From: Peptococcaceae bacterium BICA1-8
Lineage (GTDB): Bacteria > Bacillota > Peptococcia > Peptococcales > BICA1-8
Assembly: GCA_000802045.1 (NCBI GenBank)
Contig: JUEF01000126.1
Location: forward strand, 8,607-72,606
DNA: 64,000 nucleotides
Direction of reading: 5' to 3'
Under the pieces are notes generated by a model that searched no databases, was not told the origin of the DNA, and saw only the letters and a list, made by a program, of their open reading frames with translations. The stretch's first letter is position 1, and each line of letters starts with the position of its first letter. Both the position numbers and the translations under genes were made by a program. Below are positions 29,869-39,339 of the stretch, piece after piece.

Positions 29869-31282
29869 GATTGATATTTTTAGAATGGCCTATAAAAATT
29901 TATGGCGCCGCAAAGTGAGAACATTTTTAACTGTATTAGGGGTGCTTATTGGTACCACCTCTATAGTAGTTATGCTTTCTTTAGGGATAGGTCTTAATGA
30001 ATCAAGTAAGCGGGACATGGAACGCTGGGGAAGCTTAAACCAGATTGATGTGATGGCTGGCATGAACTTTGATGAACAGGGGAATCCAATTGGTCAAGCT
30101 AATCCTTTAAATGATGATGCAGTAAATGAAATCAAGGCAATTCCTGGCGTAATAGCCGTCTCTCCCGGGTTTAACATGGGTGGGAGGGCACTATGGGGAC
30201 GCAAGGAGGGACATCTGCAGTTGGTTGGCCTTGAACCTGATCAAATGTCTCAGTTTGAGTTTGAAATAGCGGAAGGTCGGTTCTTGGAAGGTGATGACCG
30301 CTTTAACATTGTTGTGGGTTGGGAAGTAGGTAGAAACTTCCGGGACCGCAGGGAAATGGACATGATGCGCAATATGTCTGAGCGGGGCGGGGCAATGATG
30401 CGCCAACAGCAGATGCAGCAGGAAACTAGCACCATAGAAATGATGAATCAAAGGATTTCCATGGAAGTCAATAACCGCAACGGGCAGAAAAAGATCTATA
30501 ACTTTACAGTAGTGGGTGTTTTAAGTGAAAAAAATATGAATAAGGCTTGGCAGGCTTACGCACCAATTGAAGAGATTAAAAGAATAAGGGATTATGTTAT
30601 GGGGGGAGCCCGTAATACTGGTGAAGATCCTAGGATGGCTATGGAAATGGCGATTAAAGGTGGAGGACGTGTAACTACTTCAGTCCGTTCCTCAAGGGAG
30701 CCTCAGGGCCCCTCGCCTAATGATTATGAATTTATCTGGGTTAGAACTGATAATGTTGATGCTACCAAACAGGTTTCTAAAGCTCTGAAGGAAAAAGGTT
30801 ATCAGGCCTATTCTATGGCTGATAATTTGGAAGGAATAGAAAAGACGTCCAAAACGATCCAGGCTATACTAGGGGGTATTGGCAGTATTACTTTATTGGT
30901 AGCAGCTCTGGGCATCATAAATACTATGATTATGTCAATTTATGAGCGGACTAGGGAAATTGGCATCATGAAAGTAATCGGTGCTTCCTTTTTTGATGTC
31001 CGGATGCTGTTCTTAACAGAAGCAGGACTTATTGGATTGATGGGTGGGATTTTTGGGCTAGGTTTAAGCTATGGGGCATCAAGTGTGATAAATCATTTCG
31101 GGTCCGGCTTTATTAATCGTGGGATGCCCCCCGGTGAGGTGGCCAATTCCCTTTCGGTTATACCACCATGGCTAACGCTATTTGCTTTAGGTTTCTCCAT
31201 TCTCATTGGAGTTGTTGCCGGGCTTTATCCTGCTGATCGGGCTGTGCGTCTAAGTCCAATCTCGGCAATTCGGAATGAGTAA
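29861..31282 (+). CDS. ABC permease, MacB/FtsX family
   Basis: RTFLTVLGVLIG, IYERTREIGIMKVIGA, GLYPA. Confidence 0.93.
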   Translation: MYKIDIFRMAYKNLWRRKVRTFLTVLGVLIGTTSIVVMLSLGIGLNESSKRDMERWGSLNQIDVMAGMNFDEQGNPIGQANPLNDDAVNEIKAIPGVIAVSPGFNMGGRALWGRKEGHLQLVGLEPDQMSQFEFEIAEGRFLEGDDRFNIVVGWEVGRNFRDRREMDMMRNMSERGGAMMRQQQMQQETSTIEMMNQRISMEVNNRNGQKKIYNFTVVGVLSEKNMNKAWQAYAPIEEIKRIRDYVMGGARNTGEDPRMAMEMAIKGGGRVTTSVRSSREPQGPSPNDYEFIWVRTDNVDATKQVSKALKEKGYQAYSMADNLEGIEKTSKTIQAILGGIGSITLLVAALGIINTMIMSIYERTREIGIMKVIGASFFDVRMLFLTEAGLIGLMGGIFGLGLSYGASSVINHFGSGFINRGMPPGEVANSLSVIPPWLTLFALGFSILIGVVAGLYPADRAVRLSPISAIRNE

Positions 31283-31288
31283 TAATTG

Positions 31289-31426
31289 AGGTTAAGGTTT
31301 CGCTTCGCTAGATTAAGATTTCGCTACGCTAGAATTAAAAAACTATGACATCGTGACATGTCATAAGTAACTAGCCACTATGAAATATAGGCGTGTAGAC
31401 GAATTGACTAATAGACGCATTAGACG
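31289..31426. repeat. Cluster of short degenerate tandem repeats
   Basis: 21-bp unit x2 (AGGTTAAGGTTTCGCTTCGCT / AGATTAAGATTTCGCTACGCT), TGACAT repeats, TAGACG octamer-period run. Confidence 0.7.
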
Positions 31427-31451
31427 AAAAGGGGCTGAAGTCGTAGGCGGC

Positions 31452-32342
31452 TCAGCCTTTTAATGTAATAACCACCACACCTAAGAAAATCATCCCGATA
31501 TATGCGAGCATTTTCTTACTTAGTTTCTCTTCCTTCAGCTTGTAGACGTATTTACCTAGAAACATGACAAAAATAGGTTCGGTGTTAGCTATGGTTACAG
31601 CAATAGCTACGGGAATAGTCTTCAAAGCGAAAAAATAGCAAACGGTACCTATAGTCGTAAATAGGCCGCCGATAATAAAATTTTTCTTAGCAGTCGGGGG
31701 TGTTTCTTTGAATTCCTTGAAGCGTCCTTTTATAGTAAAGTAAATAAGATAAAATATTAAGGAACCTAAAGTGCTTATAGCTAGACCCAGAACTGCCGAA
31801 TCTATATATTGTAAGCTAAATTTTCTAAAGACATTGCCACCCGCAAAAGACAAGGCAGAAAGAAGGGCGAAAAGAATACCTAGCTTTAATGAGCCTTTTG
31901 CTGATTTCTCGCTAGTGCCATTTTGTAATTGGGAAAGCTGATAAAGACCAAACATGACAACAAACATGCCTATTAAAGCCGTTGTGCTCAATGTTTCCCC
32001 TAAAGCTAAGAAAGCGATAATAGCCGCAAAAACCGGGGCAGTAATTTTTATTGATGACGCTAAGGTAATAGAAACGTGGTTGATGGCGGTGTAAAATGTT
32101 AGCCTACCTAGGATCGGTCCCATAATACCCGAAAGAACAAAAAATATAATGCCTGGAAAATTAAGGATCCCCGGGTTTTTTATGAAAACATAAATAGCGA
32201 AAAATAGGGCTAATGAAAAATTTACTATTATGGTATAAAAAACGCCGATATCCTTAGCACCATTTTCCATGCCTTTCTTCATATAAAAATTACTGCTTGC
32301 ATAACCATAAGCTACTAATACTGCATAAAATACTCCAATCAT
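31452..32342 (-). CDS. EamA/DMT-family transporter
   Basis: Ten TM segments in two repeats; LGETL motif. Confidence 0.88.
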   Translation of the reverse strand: MIGVFYAVLVAYGYASSNFYMKKGMENGAKDIGVFYTIIVNFSLALFFAIYVFIKNPGILNFPGIIFFVLSGIMGPILGRLTFYTAINHVSITLASSIKITAPVFAAIIAFLALGETLSTTALIGMFVVMFGLYQLSQLQNGTSEKSAKGSLKLGILFALLSALSFAGGNVFRKFSLQYIDSAVLGLAISTLGSLIFYLIYFTIKGRFKEFKETPPTAKKNFIIGGLFTTIGTVCYFFALKTIPVAIAVTIANTEPIFVMFLGKYVYKLKEEKLSKKMLAYIGMIFLGVVVITLKG

Positions 32343-32524
32343 TTTTGTGGCCCCTTTATGTGAAAGATACAGTAATTATATTGGAAATGAATTTTATAAA
32401 CAATAGGCTGAAAAGTGGAATTTTTTGCATTTTAAATAGTCTAAGTATTAAAACAATAATGTTACAGAGGGAAAAAGAAAAAAATACCCTGTTAATGACC
32501 CCAACATATAAGTAGGAGGAAATT

Positions 32525-33704
32525 ATGCTAAAAGGAAAAATGAGCTTAATATTATGTGTAGTGCTAATAATTAGCTTGTCAGCTATTGGTTGTACTGGAT
32601 TAGGCCAAAAGAAAGACCAAGCTAATGATAAAGCAGGATTACAAATTTATAGTATGTCGACAGGTTTAGGATCTGTTAGTAATAATAATATAGATCTGCA
32701 CCGCTTGACTTATACAATAAATTTAAGTAATGAAAATACTGAAGATCATTGGCAGGTACTATATCGAGCAGGATTTTATCGTGGTGGACCAATATTAATG
32801 AGTGCAATTGCCGGCATAGACCAGGCCCTATGGGATATAAAAGGGAAGTATTATAATGCACCTATATACCAACTAATAGGTGGTGCCTGTAGAGATAAGA
32901 TACGGGTCTATTGCTGGATTGGAGGAGATCGTCCTCAGGATGTTGGTGCCCAAGCTAAAGAAAAGCAAGAACAAGGATACACTGCAATAAAAATGAATGG
33001 TACGGAAGAATTGCATTATATAGATTCCTATAGCAAAATTGATGAGGCTGTGGCAAGAGTGGCAGCAATTAGGGAAACCTGTGGAAAGGATTTTGGTATC
33101 GCTGTAGATTTTCATGGCCGTGTTCATAAGGCTATGGCAAAAATTCTGGTCAAGGAGCTGGAGTCTTATCGGCTGATGTTTATTGAAGAACCCGTTCTCG
33201 CCGAAAATATTGAGGCCTTAAAGGAGAACCAAGCACTCAGCCACTCCTATAGCAACGGGCGAAAGGATGTTTTCGCGGTGGGATTTTAAAAAAATATTTA
33301 CGGATGGATATGTAGATATCATTCAACCCGATTTATCACATGCGGGCGGCATAACCGAATGCAAAATTTGTACCATGGCCGAAGCTTATGATGTAGCTGT
33401 TGCACCACATTGCCCCTTAGGACCTATAGCCTTGGCTGCCTCCTTACAGCTTGATGCTTGCACACCCAATGCATTTATTCAAGAACAGAGTTTAGGCATT
33501 CATTATAACCAGGGCGGGGACCTTCTTGACTATCTAAAGGATACTGGTGCCTTTAAACATGAACAAGGTTTTGTAAATATATTGGAAAAGCCTGGTTTAG
33601 GTATATAAATTGATGAAGAAAAGGTTCGCGAAGCAGCTCTTAAAGGCAATAATTGGAAAAACCCCGTTTGGCGTAATCAGGATGGAACTATTGCTGAATG
33701 GTAA
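32525..33704 (+). pseudogene. dgoD: Galactonate dehydratase pseudogene fused to a lipoprotein N-terminus
   Basis: [46 protein letters not shown]; native N-terminus replaced; frameshift near 33225; in-frame TAA 33606-33608; original stop 33702-33704. Confidence 0.9.
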
Positions 33705-33743
33705 AACCGCTAAACAAATTTCATATAAATGATTATCATGATT

Positions 33744-33772
33744 AAGGCCTCTCGCTGCAGAGGCCTTTTTTA
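33744..33772 (+). terminator. Intrinsic terminator
   Basis: AAGGCCTCT-cgctgc-AGAGGCCTT plus T-run. Confidence 0.8.
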
Positions 33773-33929
33773 TTGAGAAGTATTTATTAAAAAGGGCAAA
33801 TTTACATGGTGTGTGCAGGTATATTTTCCTTAGTGATTAAGTTATCGTAAATAATTTAAAAAACTTTAAATTATTTAGCAGGATATTCTGCAAATAGGTA
33901 GAAATATTTAAGTGAAAATTATAAAATGA

Positions 33930-33948
33930 CGTTTCATAATGCGATACG
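33930..33948. promoter_or_regulatory. Putative IclR/KdgR-type operator
   Basis: CGTTTCATAATGCGATACG imperfect palindrome; second copy at 37549. Confidence 0.6.
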
Positions 33949-34028
33949 TATATATTGGAGAATAGTTTAGCTCAATATAATTTTATGGTTTACTATTAAG
34001 GTAAATAGAAGTTTAGGGAGTTGATAAA

Positions 34029-35747
34029 GTGGGCAGATCCGAAGAAATAAGGAAAATTGGTCCTGAGATTGATGCATTAAGACAGGGGATGGATTGGCAT
34101 GTCAATGACCTTGATCGGGTTCAAATCCTTATTGAAAGCACACAAGGCTCCAGTCATCCTGGTAGCTTTGGTTTAAAAGACCTTGTAGAGGAAGTAGAAA
34201 AGGGTGTCATCTATGCCCAGGGTAAACCGGGTCAATACACAGTGACTGATATTTGCGATGGTATTGCTCAAGGCCATGAAGGAATGAGTTACTCCCTTTT
34301 ATCCAGAGAAATAATTGCCGGAATGGTAGAAATCCATGCTAAAGCAAATCCTGTTGACGGGCTGGTCTTGATTTCCTCCTGTGATAAAGCTTTACCCGCT
34401 CATTTAATGGCTGCAGCAAGATTAAATATGCCTACCATTCATGTGCCCGGCGGAGTTATGTTAGCAGGGCCGGATGGGCTGACATTAGAACAGGTAGGGA
34501 CTTATAGTGTTTGGCATCGTAAAGGTGAAATTAACGATGAACAGTTTTGCCGCTTGAAGACTGCATCTTGTCCGACTTGTGGTGCATGTCAGTTTATGGG
34601 TACTGCCGGCACAATGCAGGTAATGTCAGAAGCATTGGGGCTCTCTTTGCCGGGTACTGCAACTATTCCTTACGCACTTAAAACTATCAGGACTTTAGCC
34701 CGGGATGCTGGTGTACAAATTATTAGGCTTGTAGAAAAAGAAATAAAAGCTAGGGATATTCTAACCTACGAAGCTTTCTATAATGCGGTTGTGATACATG
34801 CCGCTATTTCCGGATCAACAAATGCTTTGCTACACTTGCCTGCCATAGCCAGAGAAGTGGGAATTGATTTAGAACCTAGTCTTTTTGATGAAGTAAATAA
34901 AAAAGTTCCTTTTATAGTAAATACGAGACCTGCAGGGAAATATGCGACTGAATTATTTTGGTATGCAGGGGGAGTACCGGCAGTAATGCTGGCCTTAAAG
35001 GAATTTTTAAACCTAGACGTACTAACCTGTACAGGAATGACATTAGGAGATAATTTGCAATTTATCAAAGATTCTGGTTGGATACAAGCTAATAACGGTT
35101 ATTTAAATAATTACCGGTTAAAACCGGAGGATATAATTTCTCCCCCAAATAGACCGCTCCAGTCTCAGGGCTCCATTGCCGTGCTAAAAGGCAATTTAGC
35201 CCCTGAGGGGTCTGTAGTTAAACATTCGGCAATAAATCCCGAAATGCATGTCCATGTTGGGCCAGCCAAGGTATTTGGTGATGAATTATCGGCTAGAGAG
35301 GCTGTTCTAACTGGGGAAATTAAGCCAGGAGATGTTATTGTAGTAAGTTATGCAGGTCCTAAGGGAAGTGGAATGCCTGAAATGTTTTATACTACAGAAG
35401 CAATCGCCGCTGACCCTCAGCTAATATCGACGACGGCATTAGTTACTGACGGTAGATTTTCCGGAGCCACAAGAGGACCCGCTATTGGTCACGTTTCTCC
35501 AGAGGCTCAGGAAGGCGGACCTATTGCTTTAGTAGAAGATGGGGACTTAATAAAAATAGATATTCCAGGTCGAACTATAAACATTGTAGGTATAAATAAT
35601 AAACATTTAAACCCTGAAGAAATTTCTGAAGTTCTCAAAGAACGGCAAAAATACTGGCAGCCTAAAAATAATTCTTCGGAAAAAGGAATTTTGAGTATAT
35701 ATAAAAAATTGGCGGTCTCTGCCATGGCTGGCGGTTATATGAGATAG
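34029..35747 (+). CDS. IlvD/Edd-family dehydratase (probably sugar-acid)
   Basis: DICDGIAQGH, SCDKALP, CGACQFMGTAGTM, TDGRFSG, GHVSPEA; next to eda and kdgK. Confidence 0.9.
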   Translation: MGRSEEIRKIGPEIDALRQGMDWHVNDLDRVQILIESTQGSSHPGSFGLKDLVEEVEKGVIYAQGKPGQYTVTDICDGIAQGHEGMSYSLLSREIIAGMVEIHAKANPVDGLVLISSCDKALPAHLMAAARLNMPTIHVPGGVMLAGPDGLTLEQVGTYSVWHRKGEINDEQFCRLKTASCPTCGACQFMGTAGTMQVMSEALGLSLPGTATIPYALKTIRTLARDAGVQIIRLVEKEIKARDILTYEAFYNAVVIHAAISGSTNALLHLPAIAREVGIDLEPSLFDEVNKKVPFIVNTRPAGKYATELFWYAGGVPAVMLALKEFLNLDVLTCTGMTLGDNLQFIKDSGWIQANNGYLNNYRLKPEDIISPPNRPLQSQGSIAVLKGNLAPEGSVVKHSAINPEMHVHVGPAKVFGDELSAREAVLTGEIKPGDVIVVSYAGPKGSGMPEMFYTTEAIAADPQLISTTALVTDGRFSGATRGPAIGHVSPEAQEGGPIALVEDGDLIKIDIPGRTINIVGINNKHLNPEEISEVLKERQKYWQPKNNSSEKGILSIYKKLAVSAMAGGYMR

Positions 35748-35757
35748 GAGGCATTTT

Positions 35758-36420
35758 ATGAGAAGGCTTGAGATTTTACAGAGTATTCTAGACAGCGGTA
35801 TCGTAGCTGTTGTGAGAACAGAATCTGCTGAAAAGGCAAAAAGAATTATTGATGCTGTAATGGCCGGGGGTATCAATACCATTGAGGTTACTATGACCGT
35901 ACCAGGAGCCATTGATGTTATCAAAGAGATAGTGAGTTTAAAAAGTGATAATATGATTCTCGGTGTGGGAACCGTCCTTGATTCCGAAACTGCCAGGGCA
36001 GCAATCCTTGCCGGTGCGGAATATGTTGTCTCTCCCCATCTTAACCCTGAGGTAATCAAACTATGTAACCGTTATCAAGTCCCATGTATGCCGGGGGCCA
36101 TGACCATTAAGGAAATAGTGGAAGCCCTGGAGCTAGGCGCAGATATTGTAAAGATATTTCCAGGGGAGATTCTAGGTCCTCAGGCTATTAAAGCCATTAT
36201 GGGCCCTCTGCCTCAGGCGCCTTTAATGCCAACTGGTGGAGTTTCTTTGGAAAATGTTGAGGAATGGATAAAAGCAGGTGCTGTTGCTGTGGGGGTAGGA
36301 GGGTCTTTAACTAAAGGGGCTAAAACAGAAAATTATGAATTAGTAACCGAAACAGCCCGGAGGTTCGTGGAAAAAATAAGAAAAACTAGAGACAAAAAAG
36401 CGCAAATTACACCGACATGA
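35758..36420 (+). CDS. eda: KDPG/KHG aldolase
   Basis: IEVTMT, GVGTVL, VSPH, VKIFPG, PTGGV. Confidence 0.93.
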   Translation: MRRLEILQSILDSGIVAVVRTESAEKAKRIIDAVMAGGINTIEVTMTVPGAIDVIKEIVSLKSDNMILGVGTVLDSETARAAILAGAEYVVSPHLNPEVIKLCNRYQVPCMPGAMTIKEIVEALELGADIVKIFPGEILGPQAIKAIMGPLPQAPLMPTGGVSLENVEEWIKAGAVAVGVGGSLTKGAKTENYELVTETARRFVEKIRKTRDKKAQITPT

Positions 36421-36478
36421 TCAATTGAAAAAACAGATAATTTTTGATAAGAAATCAATATCAGTTATGGAGGAAAAT

Positions 36479-37504
36479 ATGGGCAAAAAAGTTGTAACCT
36501 TTGGGGAAATAATGCTTAGGCTGGTAGCTCCAGGTTATCAAAGAATAACTCAGGCTAGTTGTTTTGAAGCTACTTATGCTGGTGGAGAGGCTAATGTTGC
36601 CGTTTCTTTGGCAAATTATGGACTTGATGCTTATTTTATTACTAAACTGCCTAAGCATGAAGTAGGGCAGGCCTGTAGGGGTTTTCTGAGGAAATATGGC
36701 GTCAAAGCGGACTATATAAAAATGGAAGGTGATCGGTTGGGTGTTTATTACCTAGAGACAGGGGCTTCCCAAAGAGCTTCCAAGGTAATATATGATCGGG
36801 CTAACTCGTCAATAGCTATGATTAAGCTTGGTGAAATGGATTGGGATGAGATTTTTAAAGGGGCAGAGTTATTCCATTTTACAGGTATTACTCCAGCTAT
36901 CAGTGATTCGACAGCAGAGGTAACCTTAGAAGCGTTGAAGGCTGCCAAGAAAGCGGGCATAATGGTAAGCTGTGATTTAAACTTTCGCAAAAAACTATGG
37001 ACTTCCGAAAAAGCTAATAGAGTAATGAGTGGATTAATGGAATATGTGGATATTGCTGTGGGAAATGAAGAAGATGCTGAAAATGTATTTGGTATCAAAG
37101 CTGATAAAACCGACATTACTATAGGCGAATTGGATGATGTTGGTTATCATCAGGTGGCTAAAAGATTAGTGGAAAGATTTGGTTTCAAGAAGGTAGCTAT
37201 AACTTTAAGAGAAAGTTATTCAGCTTCAGATAATGGCTGGTCTGCCCTTCTCTATGACGGTCAAGAATTTTATAAGTCTAGGAAATACCATATTCACATA
37301 GTTGATCGGGTCGGAGGTGGAGATTCATTCTGTGGAGGACTGCTTTATGGCCTTTTAAGCGGAATGGATAATCAGAGAGCCTTAGAATTTGCAGTGGCGG
37401 CCTCCTGCTTAAAGCACAGCATTCCTGGTGACTTTAACCTTGTATCGGTTGAAGAGGTAGAAAATTTAATGAAGGGTGACGGCTCTGGTAGGGTTCAACG
37501 GTAA
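36479..37504 (+). CDS. kdgK: 2-keto-3-deoxygluconate kinase (PfkB family)
   Basis: FGEIMLRL, GGEANVA, DLNFR, DRVGGGDSF. Confidence 0.9.
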   Translation: MGKKVVTFGEIMLRLVAPGYQRITQASCFEATYAGGEANVAVSLANYGLDAYFITKLPKHEVGQACRGFLRKYGVKADYIKMEGDRLGVYYLETGASQRASKVIYDRANSSIAMIKLGEMDWDEIFKGAELFHFTGITPAISDSTAEVTLEALKAAKKAGIMVSCDLNFRKKLWTSEKANRVMSGLMEYVDIAVGNEEDAENVFGIKADKTDITIGELDDVGYHQVAKRLVERFGFKKVAITLRESYSASDNGWSALLYDGQEFYKSRKYHIHIVDRVGGGDSFCGGLLYGLLSGMDNQRALEFAVAASCLKHSIPGDFNLVSVEEVENLMKGDGSGRVQR

Positions 37505-37548
37505 AAAGAGGTTTTTTCCCAAATGGATATTCTTAATCTAATCACCAT

Positions 37549-37565
37549 ATTTCATAATGCGAAAC
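37549..37565. promoter_or_regulatory. Putative IclR/KdgR-type operator, copy 2
   Basis: ATTTCATAATGCGAAAC. Confidence 0.6.
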
Positions 37566-37630
37566 GGAGTTTTTTAACTAGAAATTTTTAAAGGATTTTT
37601 GTCCTTCTTATAGAATATCATTTTCATATT

Positions 37631-37644
37631 TGAAAACGATTGCA
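37631..37644. promoter_or_regulatory. LacI-family (cre-like) operator
   Basis: TGAAAACGATTGCA; near-identical site at 42324. Confidence 0.65.
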
Positions 37645-37742
37645 ACTAAATTTAAAGGAGAGTGGTAGATGGATCCAAGATTTCTGATTATTGTTTATTT
37701 AACCAATTTTCTAATTAATAAAATTACTAGGGGGTAAAAGAG

Positions 37743-38786
37743 ATGAGAAAAAGTGGATTAATTTTATTGGTGTTATTATTAAGCTTAAGTTTAGTATTAA
37801 CAGGCTGTGGTGGTACTAAGAAAGAGGAACCTAAAGCAGAAACACCTAAAGTGGAAGCGCCAAAAGAAGAGGTAAAACCAGTTAAACTTATTGCTGCACA
37901 CGTTACACCAGAAGAAGGTTCTTACCAGGTAGGTATGCTAAAGTTTAAAGAAGTAGTTGAGAAGGAAAGTAATGGTTCTATAACAGTTGAAATTCATCCA
38001 AATGGTCAGCTTGGTGGTAATGAGGATGAATTAGTACAAAAAATGGCTACAGGAACTGTAGATGTTATAGTGGCTTCTCCCGGTTTTATGACTCAGACTG
38101 TTAAAGAAATTGATTTATTAGCTTTACCATACTTGTTTGCGAGTTATGACCATTGGAAAAGTGTATTAGATGGTGAAGTAGGTCAGAAGATGGCAGGCTT
38201 AGTTGAAGAAAAAACTGATTTCAAATTCTTAGGTTGGTGGAAATGTGGTGTAAGAGTTTATTTTGGAAATAAGCCGGTAAATACACCCGCAGATTTGAAA
38301 GATGTTAAAATTCGCATCCAAGTTAGCCCTGTTACAAGTGAAGTATGGTCGACTTTTGGTGCTCAACCAAGTTCTGTTGCATTTAACGAGCTATATCAAG
38401 CATTGCAAAATAAAGTTGTTGATGCAGCAGAAAATGATTTTGCTAATATTTTACAAATGAAGTTCCATGAAGCAGCTCCAAATATTTCTTTAACAAACCA
38501 TGATATAGCTACTCGTTTATTATTAATGAGTGATAAAAAATATCAAAGTTTATCTCCGGAGCAGAAGGCTGCTGTAGATAAAGCTGTAGTAGCAGCTACA
38601 GAAGCCGAACGTGTGGCTGATAATGACTTGGCTGGTGTAGCCCTAGAACAATTAATAGCTGAAGGTGCAATTGTAAATGAAGTGGATGTAGCACCATTCA
38701 TTGAAATGACTCAGCCTATTAGAGATAAAGTAGCTAAGAGTCTGGGTTTAGAAGATATACTTAAAAAAATTGCTGAGATGAAGTAG
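37743..38786 (+). CDS. dctP: TRAP substrate-binding lipoprotein (DctP family)
   Basis: Lipobox LTGC; PNGQLG, KIR, ELYQALQNKVVDAAEN. Confidence 0.92.
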   Translation: MRKSGLILLVLLLSLSLVLTGCGGTKKEEPKAETPKVEAPKEEVKPVKLIAAHVTPEEGSYQVGMLKFKEVVEKESNGSITVEIHPNGQLGGNEDELVQKMATGTVDVIVASPGFMTQTVKEIDLLALPYLFASYDHWKSVLDGEVGQKMAGLVEEKTDFKFLGWWKCGVRVYFGNKPVNTPADLKDVKIRIQVSPVTSEVWSTFGAQPSSVAFNELYQALQNKVVDAAENDFANILQMKFHEAAPNISLTNHDIATRLLLMSDKKYQSLSPEQKAAVDKAVVAATEAERVADNDLAGVALEQLIAEGAIVNEVDVAPFIEMTQPIRDKVAKSLGLEDILKKIAEMK

Positions 38787-38796
38787 TAATTTAGGG

Positions 38797-38830
38797 AAAG
38801 GTGGTCTTCTCTAAGAAGGCCACCTTTTTT
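38797..38830 (+). terminator. Intercistronic hairpin/terminator after dctP
   Basis: AAAGGTGGTCTTCT...AGAAGGCCACCTTTTTT. Confidence 0.65.
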
Positions 38831-38853
38831 ACTAAAAAGGGATGGAGGGCTAT

Positions 38854-39339
38854 ATGAGAAGGTTTATTAACGCCATTGAGTACATACAATTACGAATAGC
38901 GGCATTATTTTTACTTATGTTTATTATTTTTGTTATTCTTCAGGTTACGACACGTTATGTACCCGGATTTTCAGCTCTTTGGACAGAGGAAGCAGCTAAA
39001 TACTCCTTTATTTGGTCAGTTATGTTAGGTGCTGCAGTAATGGTAAGGCATAAAGGCCATTTTAGTATGGGTGTAATTGCAGAAAAATTACAGGGTAAGT
39101 GGGCTATTTTAAATCAGCTTTTTATCCACCTATTGATAGCTTCTTTTGGCTTAATTATGGCGTATTACGGCTATAAGCTTACCAAACAGTTCTGGAATTG
39201 GAATGTTAGTTCATTACCAAGCTTAAGTCAAAGATATGTATGGGTGTGTTTACCGATAAGTGGTTTTACAATGTTTTTATATTCTATTGAAAATTTGATT
39301 GAGTTGTTTACGGAAAGAGCAGATAGGGGTGATGCCTGA
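38854..39339 (+). CDS. dctQ: TRAP small permease
   Basis: QV.TRY, WTEE, four TM segments. Confidence 0.9.
   Translation: MRRFINAIEYIQLRIAALFLLMFIIFVILQVTTRYVPGFSALWTEEAAKYSFIWSVMLGAAVMVRHKGHFSMGVIAEKLQGKWAILNQLFIHLLIASFGLIMAYYGYKLTKQFWNWNVSSLPSLSQRYVWVCLPISGFTMFLYSIENLIELFTERADRGDA

Noticed and set aside
33606-33608. Sec/Pyl recoding in dgoD
   Set aside because: The stop is TAA and the gene has other lesions
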